Of a DNA stretch of 64,000 nucleotides, positions 56,001 to 64,000 are shown in pieces. Below the pieces are notes generated by a model. That model made no database searches. It worked only from the letters and a program-made list of their open reading frames with translations, and was not told where the DNA came from. This stretch comes from a virus. Its lineage: Duplodnaviria; Heunggongvirae; Uroviricota; Caudoviricetes. The translations under genes were made by a program, and so were the position numbers. The stretch is from IMG/VR virus record IMGVR_UViG_3300032167_000010; one strand, 5' to 3'. Within the stretch, counting starts at the first letter, position 1. Each line of letters opens with the position of its first letter.

Positions 56001-57522
56001 ATTACGTGATAGTACTATTCTTAACCGTAACATTTTAATAGAACAGCTTGAATTAGCTATCCAAAAAAGAACAGAGTATGAAGAGACTGTAGAAAGTTTT
56101 TCTAATAATACTTTAGCGAGTAGTGACCTTCCTTTTGGTAATGAAGCAATAGTGACAGTTTGGCCTGACTATATGAAAAAAGCTATTAAAGATGAAGTTG
56201 AACCTTTATATAGTGCTATTCGTGCAATTGTTAGAGATTTATCTATATCGGCAGCAGTTATTAATACTAATGTTTTAACAGACCGACCAGTTCTTCATAA
56301 ACTCGCAAATATTAAATTATTTAAAAAGCTTTATAAACAAGCTAAAGATTTAGTATATAAAAGTAACCAAGTAAGCAATAAAAAAGCAATTGTTGAAACA
56401 CTGAGTAATAGCGCACTAGCTATTCCTGAGGTTCAGACTAAATTAAATGCATTTACGGAAACCAATGCTGGTGCATTAGTCATTTATAACCTAGCTACTC
56501 AGCTAAAAAGTATTGATGAAAATGACGTATTAGCTCAACAGCAAATTTTAACGGATCTAAAAGAAGAGCTTACTAAATTAATTCAATTAGATGAAAATCT
56601 GTTGAAAATTACTGCTGAAATGCTAAGCCCAAGCATTTTACTTTTAAGAGGACTGCCTGAAGGTGATTTTTATAATGAGGTTAGAAACTTTATTAATAGT
56701 GAAGACGGCATAAAAGTGCAAGTATTAGACCGCGACCTTGATGCAGCTATTGATAATATTGTATTACAGTTAAGATATCTTGTTAATACCTTAACTGACT
56801 ATGCTATTAGCTATAATGGTGCGCTACTTCCAAGTAGTTACATCGCTAATTTAAGCACCTATAAGGCTGCTAAGGATAAGGTACCAGTTGCTAAACCGAC
56901 TGAGTGGGACATATTTAAGATTTTATTGGATGATAACTTAAAGGCTGCTTGGAGGGTTGTGACGGAAGCAGGCGGATTTTATTGGATAGATAGTGCTGGC
57001 AGAAGAATTGGTACAACGGATGACTTAGCTGATGATTATAGATATCGTTACTATAATAAGAACTGGTATGAATTGGTTGATAACCGAGCTGAGCCTGGCT
57101 CTAAAATTGAACAAATAGTTAGTATTAATACTAGTTATGAGGACGAACAGTTAACAGAAATTGTAACTGAACTTCTTGGTGAAGACGTAGATGATGATGG
57201 ACAAATAGACAATGGTATAACAGCACTAGGCGCAGGTAATATTCCTGAATCATTTAAAGAAGTTTTTATTAGAGCTAAATTAGAAGAACAGCTCTTAGCT
57301 GAAATACGTAATATAGATAAAAATAATTTATTTTACTATAATACTCCAGTAGAAGCAGACGTAGCAATTGACTTTAATGAGGGTGATAGCAAATTAAATA
57401 CTTTAATGTATCCAGCTACTAACTATGATATTAATAACGTAAATAATAGTTTTGTTATTTCTAAAATTGATATTAGTTACTTAGACAGTGGAATTCAGCT
57501 AGCACGCTCTTCGCGTTTATAA
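50020..57522 (+). CDS. Giant baseplate wedge protein (gp6/baseplate-J-like N-terminus plus long helical region)
   Basis: KDFVQI..ESDPGIVIL..LNYNID..LGY motif; 2500 aa. Confidence 0.72.
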   Translation: MLTKNEISTLSLSPTKKDFVQIWNELLDVAGKLSERWDPTSTNESDPGIVILKALTGIADKLNYNIDKNTLEAFMPTAAQEDSMRKLCDMLGYSMKYYRSAETSVTVKYYNSDPSDEEVHVVSNSTGLEIPKFTVITNADKDISYFTTNQIPLYISSKAPSVTVSCMEGQIVKCESTVNNNVITLAQLSEGNKFYLPETQIAENGIFIYNVSNDEVTGQIVDGTPWEKVDNLNVQASNTRVFKFGYNSYEGRPYVEFPTDCSELINDGLFIYYARTSGANGNVSVNTLTQIELPTGGNWSKVAAESFSATNMFAATSGVNLETIGQAYNNFKKTIGTFETLVTCRDYMNKIYSLSTDVGKPYVSNVLVTDIRNDLNRAITICSCDDAGIYYKEMPLTSTVTKEFTTKNGDIVNIDIEEPKINHFDLVIYPFKSYTQIRSLSTPVQSTYDASFTYNPQTFNNIEVELENTGLKTIAHNFVKPKEGDILSINNYLRLNAIVGTNNKVSVEEAQLIKEKIKIALANAFNMRELDFGEEIPFESIVDVIEHADSKIKVVSLNEPDLYTTFTVIDKVITADTVEIKEYAVASDNWLTLEQATASKRFETDTPSTGTFDTKKARELYNKLVVRNILAGRVPLFKYNTTFTSDFSEKPYQVTKPINPSSLPEACLAYFNSDINKDAPYLLWCDKDTNDTYARNGARGEPTNLDEIEANPDATRIYNYTCTKTESPKEVIENGDGSTVVTPKYPNNIITSEANSKITKIKSECLITSTDSNDDHIKDVTLNAGEQIKFRAKNFRTTETYPAYVNYHLHLDRTNTQEASPAVADTLFNLIVGQSLWDDLFNYTRTNGDKGVVTTFLKQDVKNGNVSSAAPTIDKQPINTILYQSSCIKFYYADPTLINAPNGVVGDIDDDTIIGFGLNPDIDTKTVLVYSAEQLNNILEYINSEIIGANTTSNWEISYKIEYVPFTSTNLDFWKEFVNEHIKFNGNAPASEGGNNLWRKYTGSSYPTGKYILGGLIDNGYKLLSFSTEYFGILDTYIDANNTLNNRLQGIYIAETLGNDAVAAEIANDTEYKLRDGEYLCIKYTPSSTSEDGTTDENQAPITKVIQNTIIRPNGFTSGLKDSTAFQNEGNSPIGSADFVIDGNKRDIELFSLGVNEQIEIREPSSVALGKDTFATDDAVIYVYKNFNDCPALETIQAKDVASGQRSSTYILKEGEYFFYTDKNKSELAYYSTGTGITLEGNVKIPTCDIIDISTILDSGISEIPWKAVSVSGINDKIIFQEYQYKTLGQNDKLNTLRTVGRVPGKLDGSWCKCADVSYTIAGETEPDKLPLIDIDDNEGNGWEACSLLEINVSPSVAQTLRNTDKVKTSIALYDTDNKKIKVIEAEPSFPLSFKANVTGQSSTGELSLSDIYLNTDAKSFTFKVTAEETPSVIQVQENSIIPLRASLSSGDVKITKSASSWSQVLLREIGSKTDDHGDITYNALKLSTTILPNTYGIFSIYLKQDTQYHTSLRLLPGSANDIISLFNSSRATYSEDTGLELTPGLNCIRISESCDIYITSNAPNGLLCFDTLRLVDVSKINDNQKTTHGLNLEQLGYLATSDTTTWNEIDSRARKNLKKALTEEALQKVEARIQELNNKVSVAEASLAADRPKAEIIKEFLKQAISELEALIKTDDDDTSFKTTDTLTTLITQFEALTESLSAEKELQKALDDNKAIEDITKSLADLLNNFDDISALQQSLIDALANLYSDVSTNMENIEELSQEDIVDDYNIAVKATGSSYLSDDGLKNALKVASLAKINSEYDNKLEYIVSELIASQEEELARKIYTFKYSDIEDLIDELTTALLSDDASSIENQISAISTAVKSETDIDYTSVAELLLDLRAEVKTLNISAILSKVNEAAENSLYAELLDHLQELGGALEFSNNSLINKIDEVLTLVYSKTDSNKDDDIVDCVEQIERVIWAAAKANAQIITTELTKITNLASKDTILALLRDSTILNRNILIEQLELAIQKRTEYEETVESFSNNTLASSDLPFGNEAIVTVWPDYMKKAIKDEVEPLYSAIRAIVRDLSISAAVINTNVLTDRPVLHKLANIKLFKKLYKQAKDLVYKSNQVSNKKAIVETLSNSALAIPEVQTKLNAFTETNAGALVIYNLATQLKSIDENDVLAQQQILTDLKEELTKLIQLDENLLKITAEMLSPSILLLRGLPEGDFYNEVRNFINSEDGIKVQVLDRDLDAAIDNIVLQLRYLVNTLTDYAISYNGALLPSSYIANLSTYKAAKDKVPVAKPTEWDIFKILLDDNLKAAWRVVTEAGGFYWIDSAGRRIGTTDDLADDYRYRYYNKNWYELVDNRAEPGSKIEQIVSINTSYEDEQLTEIVTELLGEDVDDDGQIDNGITALGAGNIPESFKEVFIRAKLEEQLLAEIRNIDKNNLFYYNTPVEADVAIDFNEGDSKLNTLMYPATNYDINNVNNSFVISKIDISYLDSGIQLARSSRL

Positions 57523-57534
57523 TGGAGGATTATT

Positions 57535-58308
57535 ATGATTAGATTTAAGGATCAAGTCCCTACGATATACACAAGAGCATCACGAGACTTTCAGTATTTA
57601 GGTTGGTTGATAGACGTTGTGCTTAACTCAGTTAAGCACAACGTAGATAGTCTATATGATTTACCAAACAGTCAGGTAGACACCAGACTTACTGAACTAC
57701 TTGCAATGACCTTAGGTTTTAAAGTAAAACGTAATTATAATCAAAAACAGTTAGCCGCCCTTGTAGCTGCGCTACCAAAAATACTAAAATATAAAGGTAC
57801 TAAAACAGCTATCTCGTATGCAGGAAACGCTTTAATTGCAGCCTCTGGAGCCGTTGGTAGCTTCCAAAGTAAAATCGTAGACGGCGAATTACAAGTAACA
57901 TTACCAGAAGACCTTGTAGATATTGCACTATTTAATGATTTATTGCCTTATATACTTCCTGCTGGAATGAGTAGCCGTGTTATACGTAATAATGACGTTG
58001 TAAAAGGTATTACTACGCAATTAGCTTATCGTGATAATGCTACAGCTACCATGGTTAATGACCTTACATTTGTCGAAGAAACTCAACAAACTACTGGTTT
58101 ATCTACTATGTTTGACGTAGACACTGCTTCAGCTAAAAACTTTACTTTTGCTAACTTTGTTGAAGAAGATTTTGATGTAGAGGTAAATACTGGCTTGCTT
58201 GACAATAGTATTATTGCAGCTGTGGTAGAACCTTTAATGAATCCATTTCCTACAAACAGTACACCTCCTGACGAGGTTGATGCTGAGACACTAGAAACCC
58301 CAGATTAA
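57535..58308 (+). CDS. Baseplate wedge/tail protein I-like
   Basis: LLAMTLGF..KYKGTKTAI pattern; follows the J-like gene. Confidence 0.6.
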   Translation: MIRFKDQVPTIYTRASRDFQYLGWLIDVVLNSVKHNVDSLYDLPNSQVDTRLTELLAMTLGFKVKRNYNQKQLAALVAALPKILKYKGTKTAISYAGNALIAASGAVGSFQSKIVDGELQVTLPEDLVDIALFNDLLPYILPAGMSSRVIRNNDVVKGITTQLAYRDNATATMVNDLTFVEETQQTTGLSTMFDVDTASAKNFTFANFVEEDFDVEVNTGLLDNSIIAAVVEPLMNPFPTNSTPPDEVDAETLETPD

Positions 58309-58388
58309 TTTTTGGTTAAATATATACTCCTTAATATGTTATATATTAAGGAGTATATGTAAATTAACCACAAGGAGAATTTATTTAT

Positions 58389-58922
58389 ATGAAAAATATT
58401 GCAAGAAATACACTTACCTATTCGGGTAAAGTAACCTTATCACAATGGGTTGGTTCAAAAAAAATTGTAGTAGGACAAACTCACAATAGTGGAGGCAAAC
58501 TTTTGTTTGACTTTTTAGCGAGCTGCTTTATAGGTGATTTTGGCGGTGCATACTCAAAATTACCTCGTCAAATAGGTATCTATACAGAAAAAAATGGGTT
58601 AATTTCAAGCGGTCATAAGTTTCCGTTAATTGCAGCAGCGAAGCAGGTAGAAAGTACTGCAAAGAATAGTACTGTGCGATATAGTTTTAGTATTCCATTT
58701 GAGGTAATTAGCTCAATAAGCTCTTTTGAAAACGTATATATTGGGCTATATCCAGAGAATCCTATTAACCCTGATGCTGCTTATGCAGATTATTTAGCCA
58801 ACTTCTCATTGAGGGACCTAAAAAAAAGTTCATTCTTTCTGAATTCAGCTCTTGTAGTAGATTGGGATTTACAAATAATTAATGGTGGTACCGCATATGA
58901 TGAGTCCACATTAAGTGATTAA
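58389..58922 (+). CDS. Baseplate/tail-fibre proximal structural protein
   Basis: 177 aa; assigned from context. Confidence 0.45.
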   Translation: MKNIARNTLTYSGKVTLSQWVGSKKIVVGQTHNSGGKLLFDFLASCFIGDFGGAYSKLPRQIGIYTEKNGLISSGHKFPLIAAAKQVESTAKNSTVRYSFSIPFEVISSISSFENVYIGLYPENPINPDAAYADYLANFSLRDLKKSSFFLNSALVVDWDLQIINGGTAYDESTLSD

Positions 58923-58944
58923 TATTCAAGGAGATATTTAATTT

Positions 58945-60621
58945 ATGTTTAATAAAATTAATAATGCTGCAACTTTAACCTTTTTGAAGAGTTCTTCTGT
59001 AAAAACTTTTCCTAGTGGACGTAGACGTAGTGAACTTATCTCAATAGACATAGACAAAGATAGGAATGGCACAGTAGACACAACAGAGAGTTATTATATT
59101 CCATTTGATCCTGAAGCTCGTTTAAATACTGAAGCCAATAGTAGAAAATACTCTAGCTTAAATGGCTATACTCAAACCTATTTAAAAGAATGGGATGAGG
59201 GGTCTGCTGCTGTAAATGGTAGAATTTTGCTTTCACTTGCAGGTTATCTTTTTGATATTGGGCTTAGTTCTCTAAAAACACCTGCGGCTTTCGGTGATGC
59301 AATAATTAGCGGTTTTAACACTAAATTACAAAGTATAATAAGCAGTGATACAGCCACTGACGCCGAGAAAACCGCAGCGCAAAGCTTATTAGATGAAATA
59401 GCTGACAAAACTAGTATTTATGCTAATATAATACTAGAAGATGTGAAATTGTACTCAAGTACTAGTAACTTACCTGATTATTATACCAGTATTTTAAGAG
59501 ACCAGCCTAGTGCCGAAACAAAGCTTTCAAGCCCTTGTCTTGACTTACTGAATGTTGATCTTACCGATTCGCCTGGTCAAGACTATATAGCAGCTCTTAG
59601 CAACTATTACTTCTCTGGACTCTCTTTTTCTACTAGCCCGCTAACTACTAACGGTGATAACTATGAATGTAAAACAAGAGATCAATTCTCGCGTACTGTT
59701 CAACTTGAAAATGGAGATGGATCTACTACATCAGTAACTCAACATATAGTGTCTTTATGTATCTTAGAAAAAAGTGGTGCTAACTGGATTATTCACCAAC
59801 CTGCTTATCTTCCTAGAATAGAACACGGCATAACAGAAGATTCTATTGTAATTTATGGTAATACCACACTAAAAGGGGCTGATAAAACGCTCAAAGTAGA
59901 AGGTTTCACAGACATAGATGGTGATACTACTATAAAGAGTAATCTTAAGGTAGAGGATAATATTAATGTTGGTACGCCTGTCACACCTGCTACTGCTGAT
60001 AATGGCGGCTATATTGTAGCTAAAGAAGACATTACTGCAGAACACGATCTTATTGCGAAAAATAACCTTAAAGTGCATGAAGATGCGACTATTGAAACGA
60101 GCTTAGTAGTAGGTGAAAGAGCTGATAGTGACTCAACTGAGGCCGGTACTATTACAGCTAAAACACATATTGAAACACCTACGCTTAATGCGAGTACTGA
60201 AATTACTACTCCTGAAGCGGATATAACAACTGCTAATATTGACACGGCTAATATTACTGACACTGCTAATATTAATATTGCTGATATTACTACTGCCAGT
60301 ATAGAGACTGCTACGGTAACTAATGAGCTAAAAGTTCAAAAAGTCGAAGCTGATGATACAGATGCAAAAATAACTGCAGATACCGCTGAAATTACAGGTA
60401 ATCTTACAGTTAAAAAGACCCTTATTGCTACAGAGAACTTAGAGGCAGGTATTAATAACTTAGAGGTCAATAGAGCTAGTATTGATAATCTTACCGCAAC
60501 ATGCGCTGATGTAGAAGATATTTATCAAGGTAACTATAAAGTTCCAGTCATCGAGCTTATAGAATCTGATGCGTTCTGGCAATTAAAGATTTCTCGTATT
60601 GGAACAAAACCTCAAAATTAA
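58945..60621 (+). CDS. Tail fibre-like protein with beta-helix repeats
   Basis: ADITTANIDTANITDTANINIADITT-type repeats. Confidence 0.55.
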   Translation: MFNKINNAATLTFLKSSSVKTFPSGRRRSELISIDIDKDRNGTVDTTESYYIPFDPEARLNTEANSRKYSSLNGYTQTYLKEWDEGSAAVNGRILLSLAGYLFDIGLSSLKTPAAFGDAIISGFNTKLQSIISSDTATDAEKTAAQSLLDEIADKTSIYANIILEDVKLYSSTSNLPDYYTSILRDQPSAETKLSSPCLDLLNVDLTDSPGQDYIAALSNYYFSGLSFSTSPLTTNGDNYECKTRDQFSRTVQLENGDGSTTSVTQHIVSLCILEKSGANWIIHQPAYLPRIEHGITEDSIVIYGNTTLKGADKTLKVEGFTDIDGDTTIKSNLKVEDNINVGTPVTPATADNGGYIVAKEDITAEHDLIAKNNLKVHEDATIETSLVVGERADSDSTEAGTITAKTHIETPTLNASTEITTPEADITTANIDTANITDTANINIADITTASIETATVTNELKVQKVEADDTDAKITADTAEITGNLTVKKTLIATENLEAGINNLEVNRASIDNLTATCADVEDIYQGNYKVPVIELIESDAFWQLKISRIGTKPQN

Positions 60622-60717
60622 TAATTTGTTAATTTATTAAAGAGCTATATTTTATTCGCTAAATTAATTGATTAAATTATGTTATTTATTATTTAATTTA
60701 GTGAAGGAGTATTTGAC

Positions 60718-61356
60718 ATGCCAGGTTGGTTATTGACCATATTAAGCGCAGCAGGGTCTGTTGTGTTAACACTTACTGTGACCCTACTTTTTAATAAGTT
60801 AGTTGCATTGCCAAAAATTAGAAAAGAACAAAGAGAGGCTGAAGAAGCTAGAATTGCTGAAAGAGAGGCCGCTCAACAAGCAGAAATTAATAAGCTTAAG
60901 CAAGGAAACGAAGTAAGAGACGCAAAAATAGCCGCACTTCAAGCGGCCGTAGATGCTCTTCCTTCTTATCGTGCACAAAGTCTTCAGATTCAAACTCAGC
61001 TTCAAACAACTGACAGAGAAATCTTATCTGCTTGCGAAGCTATTCAACGTGGGGTTGCAGATAACCAACGTGTTTTAAATGAGCGTCTAGACCGTTTAGA
61101 AAGTCGTGAAAAGAACGCTATTAGACAGAAACTTTTAGATGAACACCGTCTTTTTACTAATAAAGAAAGAAATCCGATGAAAGCTTGGACAGAAATGGAA
61201 CAACACGCCTTCTTTAAATTGGTAAGTGACTATGAAGATCTTGGTGGTAATGACTATGTTCACAGTCAAGTACTTCCAGATATGAATAAGCTAGAAGTAA
61301 TTAAAATGGATGATTTTGAAAGACTTGCAGCACTTATGTCAAGTAGAAAAATATAA
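60718..61356 (+). CDS. Membrane-anchored coiled-coil protein, holin-associated type
   Basis: N-terminal transmembrane helix; C-terminal YEDLGGNDY motif. Confidence 0.5.
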   Translation: MPGWLLTILSAAGSVVLTLTVTLLFNKLVALPKIRKEQREAEEARIAEREAAQQAEINKLKQGNEVRDAKIAALQAAVDALPSYRAQSLQIQTQLQTTDREILSACEAIQRGVADNQRVLNERLDRLESREKNAIRQKLLDEHRLFTNKERNPMKAWTEMEQHAFFKLVSDYEDLGGNDYVHSQVLPDMNKLEVIKMDDFERLAALMSSRKI

Positions 61357-61364
61357 TATTATAG

Positions 61365-61398
61365 AGACCTGTCGAAAGATAGGTCTTATTTTTTTTTA
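61365..61398 (+). terminator. Intrinsic terminator
   Basis: AGACCTGTC-GAAA-GATAGGTCT followed by a T tract. Confidence 0.8.
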
Positions 61399-61484
61399 TT
61401 AAATTTTAAAAATAGATATTGTATAATATAAAGTATAAAATACTAAATGATGAATAAACGATACCAAAGGAGTAAGACAATATT

Positions 61485-63563
61485 ATGGCAAATAAACAAT
61501 ATACTTCCGATAATATTAAAGTTTTAAATGATATCGAACACATTCAGCTTCGTTCTGGAATGTATATCGGTGAGGCTAACGACCCAAGATCGCTTTTCTC
61601 TGAGATGTTTGATAATGCTATGGACGAAGTTTCTGCTGGCCATTCACCAGAGCTTATTGTTGAAGTAGATACTAAAGAAAATAGATACTGCGTAAGCGAT
61701 TTCGGGAGAGGGATCCCGATTGGCAAGAAAAAGTTAGAAAATGGTGAGGAAAAAGAAGTAGTAGAAGTTCTTATGACTATTGCCAACTCTGGCGGTAAAT
61801 TTGATAATAACTCTTATAACTATTCCGCCGGCCTCAATGGTGTAGGTATGACTGTTACTAATGCGCTTTCTGAAACTTTTGAAATTATTACTCGTCGTAA
61901 TGGAAGATACGTGCATGCCATCACTCACGGCTCAGCGCAAGTTGAATTAAATAGGGGTAAATTTGACGGACCTTCTGGTACATCAGCGTCTTTTATACCA
62001 AATAAAAAATACTTCCATTCGGTAAAAATTCCACGTGAGTTTATCCTTAGTCGTTGTAGGATTGCTTCAGCCCTCGGATTTAGAGCTAAGTGTGCTATTG
62101 ACGGCGAGGCACAGAATACAGATTGTACTATTTTTGACTTAATTAAAGAAGAAGATAATAAGGTCGCTACATACGTAGATATTCCTACTATTGAAGTTAA
62201 AAATGACGCAGGCGAGTCAATGAAAGTAGCCTTGCGTTATACTTCAGATACAAAAGATAGATATTTTGGTTATACCAATCTTCTTGCTAACTATCTTGGC
62301 GGTACTCACGTACAATGTCTATCTAAGACTGTTATTTCAGCATGGGAAACGCTTATAAACAAATATAAGAATTTACGTCCAGTAGTAGAATTAAAGCCTT
62401 CTGATTATCTTGTAGGTCTCAGGGGTGTATGTGCTGTATTTATTTCGCACCCAGAATTTTCATCCCAAACAAAAGAGAAACTAGTTGTAAATAAGGCCTA
62501 TTTTGATAGCCTTATGGAAGCGTTTAGTAAGAGCTTAATAAAGTATTTAACTGATAATATTGATGTTGCACAACAGCTTATAAAGCGCTTTGAAGAGTAT
62601 CGTATCGCACAGAATGCTCTGCTTTCTCGTAAAGAGATTTCTTCTTTAATCAAAATTAATGAAGACTCTGGTGATAATATTAGACGTCGCTCAGTTGTGT
62701 CTAAACTCGTAGAATGTACCTCAAGGAAGAGGGATGATACAGAGTTATTTATAGTTGAAGGTGATTCTGCTATGGGACCTTATTTATATGTAAGAGATAA
62801 AGCAACTCAAGCAGTGCTTCCTATCAGAGGTAAGATTCTTAATACTACATATAAAGACCTTAAAGAAGTTATTCAAAATAAAGAAATCTGTGATATTGCA
62901 AATAGTATTGGTTGTGGCATTGGCGCTCAATGCGATGCTTCAAAGTCTCGTTATGAACGAGTAATTATTTCAGCCGACGCCGACCCTGATGGACTTCAAA
63001 TTAACTGTCTAGTACTTGCTGTATTTATTAATTTGTTCCCTGATATGGTTAAGCAAGGTAGAGTCTACGTTTCCCTTCCACCTTTGTATTGTTGGGGCAA
63101 GTCAGCTAAAGACTATGGCTGGTGCAACAAAGTAGAAGATATTCCTACTACTGCTAAAGACGTTCACCGCTTCAAAGGTCTTGGCGAAATGAACGATGAC
63201 CAATTATATTATTTCTTAGTAGATAAAAATACTAGAAACGTACTTCAAATAGAGTATCCTTCAGATATCGACGAATTTAACAAAATTCTTGGTACGTCAG
63301 AAGGTAAAGGTAGTTTGCTTAAAGACCTTGGCATTATTTTAAGTAATGAAGCAAGAGCTTTTGAAAATCCTATTGCAGAAGTTAAGCCTGTTAAAGCAGT
63401 GGAAGAAGTTAAAACTGAAGTTAAAAAAGTTGCTGAAAAGAAGCCCGCTAAAACACAAGTTAAGGCCTCAGAAAAGACATCAACTAAAAAACCTGCCGCT
63501 AAAAAGAAGGCCGTAGAAGCTAAGCCTGTACAAGCAAATCTTTTTGCTGGGCTATTTGACTAA
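61485..63563 (+). CDS. gyrB: Type IIA DNA topoisomerase subunit B (GyrB/ParE-like)
   Basis: EMFDNAMDE, GLNGVG, IVEGDSA, LPIRGKILN, DADPDG and RFKGLGEMN motifs. Confidence 0.95.
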   Translation: MANKQYTSDNIKVLNDIEHIQLRSGMYIGEANDPRSLFSEMFDNAMDEVSAGHSPELIVEVDTKENRYCVSDFGRGIPIGKKKLENGEEKEVVEVLMTIANSGGKFDNNSYNYSAGLNGVGMTVTNALSETFEIITRRNGRYVHAITHGSAQVELNRGKFDGPSGTSASFIPNKKYFHSVKIPREFILSRCRIASALGFRAKCAIDGEAQNTDCTIFDLIKEEDNKVATYVDIPTIEVKNDAGESMKVALRYTSDTKDRYFGYTNLLANYLGGTHVQCLSKTVISAWETLINKYKNLRPVVELKPSDYLVGLRGVCAVFISHPEFSSQTKEKLVVNKAYFDSLMEAFSKSLIKYLTDNIDVAQQLIKRFEEYRIAQNALLSRKEISSLIKINEDSGDNIRRRSVVSKLVECTSRKRDDTELFIVEGDSAMGPYLYVRDKATQAVLPIRGKILNTTYKDLKEVIQNKEICDIANSIGCGIGAQCDASKSRYERVIISADADPDGLQINCLVLAVFINLFPDMVKQGRVYVSLPPLYCWGKSAKDYGWCNKVEDIPTTAKDVHRFKGLGEMNDDQLYYFLVDKNTRNVLQIEYPSDIDEFNKILGTSEGKGSLLKDLGIILSNEARAFENPIAEVKPVKAVEEVKTEVKKVAEKKPAKTQVKASEKTSTKKPAAKKKAVEAKPVQANLFAGLFD

Positions 63564-63576
63564 GGAGGTATATTAA

Positions 63577-64000
63577 ATGAGTAAAGTTATTCCTGTAAAA
63601 GATGCTCTTGAACTTGCATCTGAAAATTATAAAGAATACAGTATCTACGTTGCAGCTGGTCGTGCGTATGGTTCAGTAATAGACGGCGCAAAAAGTGTAC
63701 AAAAAAGAGTTATTTATTCTCTTTATAAAAAAGCCCCTAGATCAATTATTAAGGTAGCAGAAGCAGCTGGTTATTGTCTTGATATGCACCCGCACCCAAC
63801 GGCTGTTCCTGAAGTAATCGTATCTCTTGGTGATACTAGTAATAAATTTAACTTTTTAGATAAGCAAGGAAACTTCGGTAATCGTCTTAAAAACATAGAA
63901 GCATCTGCACCCCGTTATATCGGTTGTAAGCTTTCTGACCTTGCTATCGACTTAACGTGTGATGGTGTTGAATATTGTCCTACTATGACCGGTGAATTAG
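63577..64000 (+). CDS. gyrA: Type IIA DNA topoisomerase subunit A (partial, runs off the window)
   Basis: My translation: MSKVIPVK..IDGAKSVQKRVIY..HPH..QGNFG..SAPRY (catalytic Tyr motif). Confidence 0.9.
   Translation, partial: MSKVIPVKDALELASENYKEYSIYVAAGRAYGSVIDGAKSVQKRVIYSLYKKAPRSIIKVAEAAGYCLDMHPHPTAVPEVIVSLGDTSNKFNFLDKQGNFGNRLKNIEASAPRYIGCKLSDLAIDLTCDGVEYCPTMTGEL

Overview
64 kb, visibly AT-rich segment of a large contractile-tailed (myovirus-like) phage genome; all supportable genes are on the + strand and read in the standard code. The lysin type and GGAGG RBSs suggest a Clostridia-like host (inference). Layout: (i) 1-29.1 kb fibre/adhesin and lysis module with seven BspA-type LRR proteins; (ii) a near-pure A/T tract at 29.17-29.27 kb; (iii) 29.4-48.8 kb accessory module with a ~9 kb tRNA/ncRNA island followed by an RNA ligase, a Thg1-like protein and a metallophosphoesterase; (iv) 48.9-61.4 kb baseplate module; (v) type II topoisomerase B and partial A subunits. 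The main discovery is in the tRNA island. tRNA-Lys(UUU) and tRNA-Thr(UGU) are each interrupted exactly between positions 34 and 35 by a complete, CCA-ended tRNA-like RNA, and removing it restores a 76-nt tRNA. Each insert has a free-standing structural paralogue nearby. The island also holds two circularly permuted tRNA mimics and a four-copy, covarying bulged-helix (Y-RNA-like) ncRNA family, two copies of which flank a helical/TerD-like protein gene. All structures were folded by eye; no searches were run.
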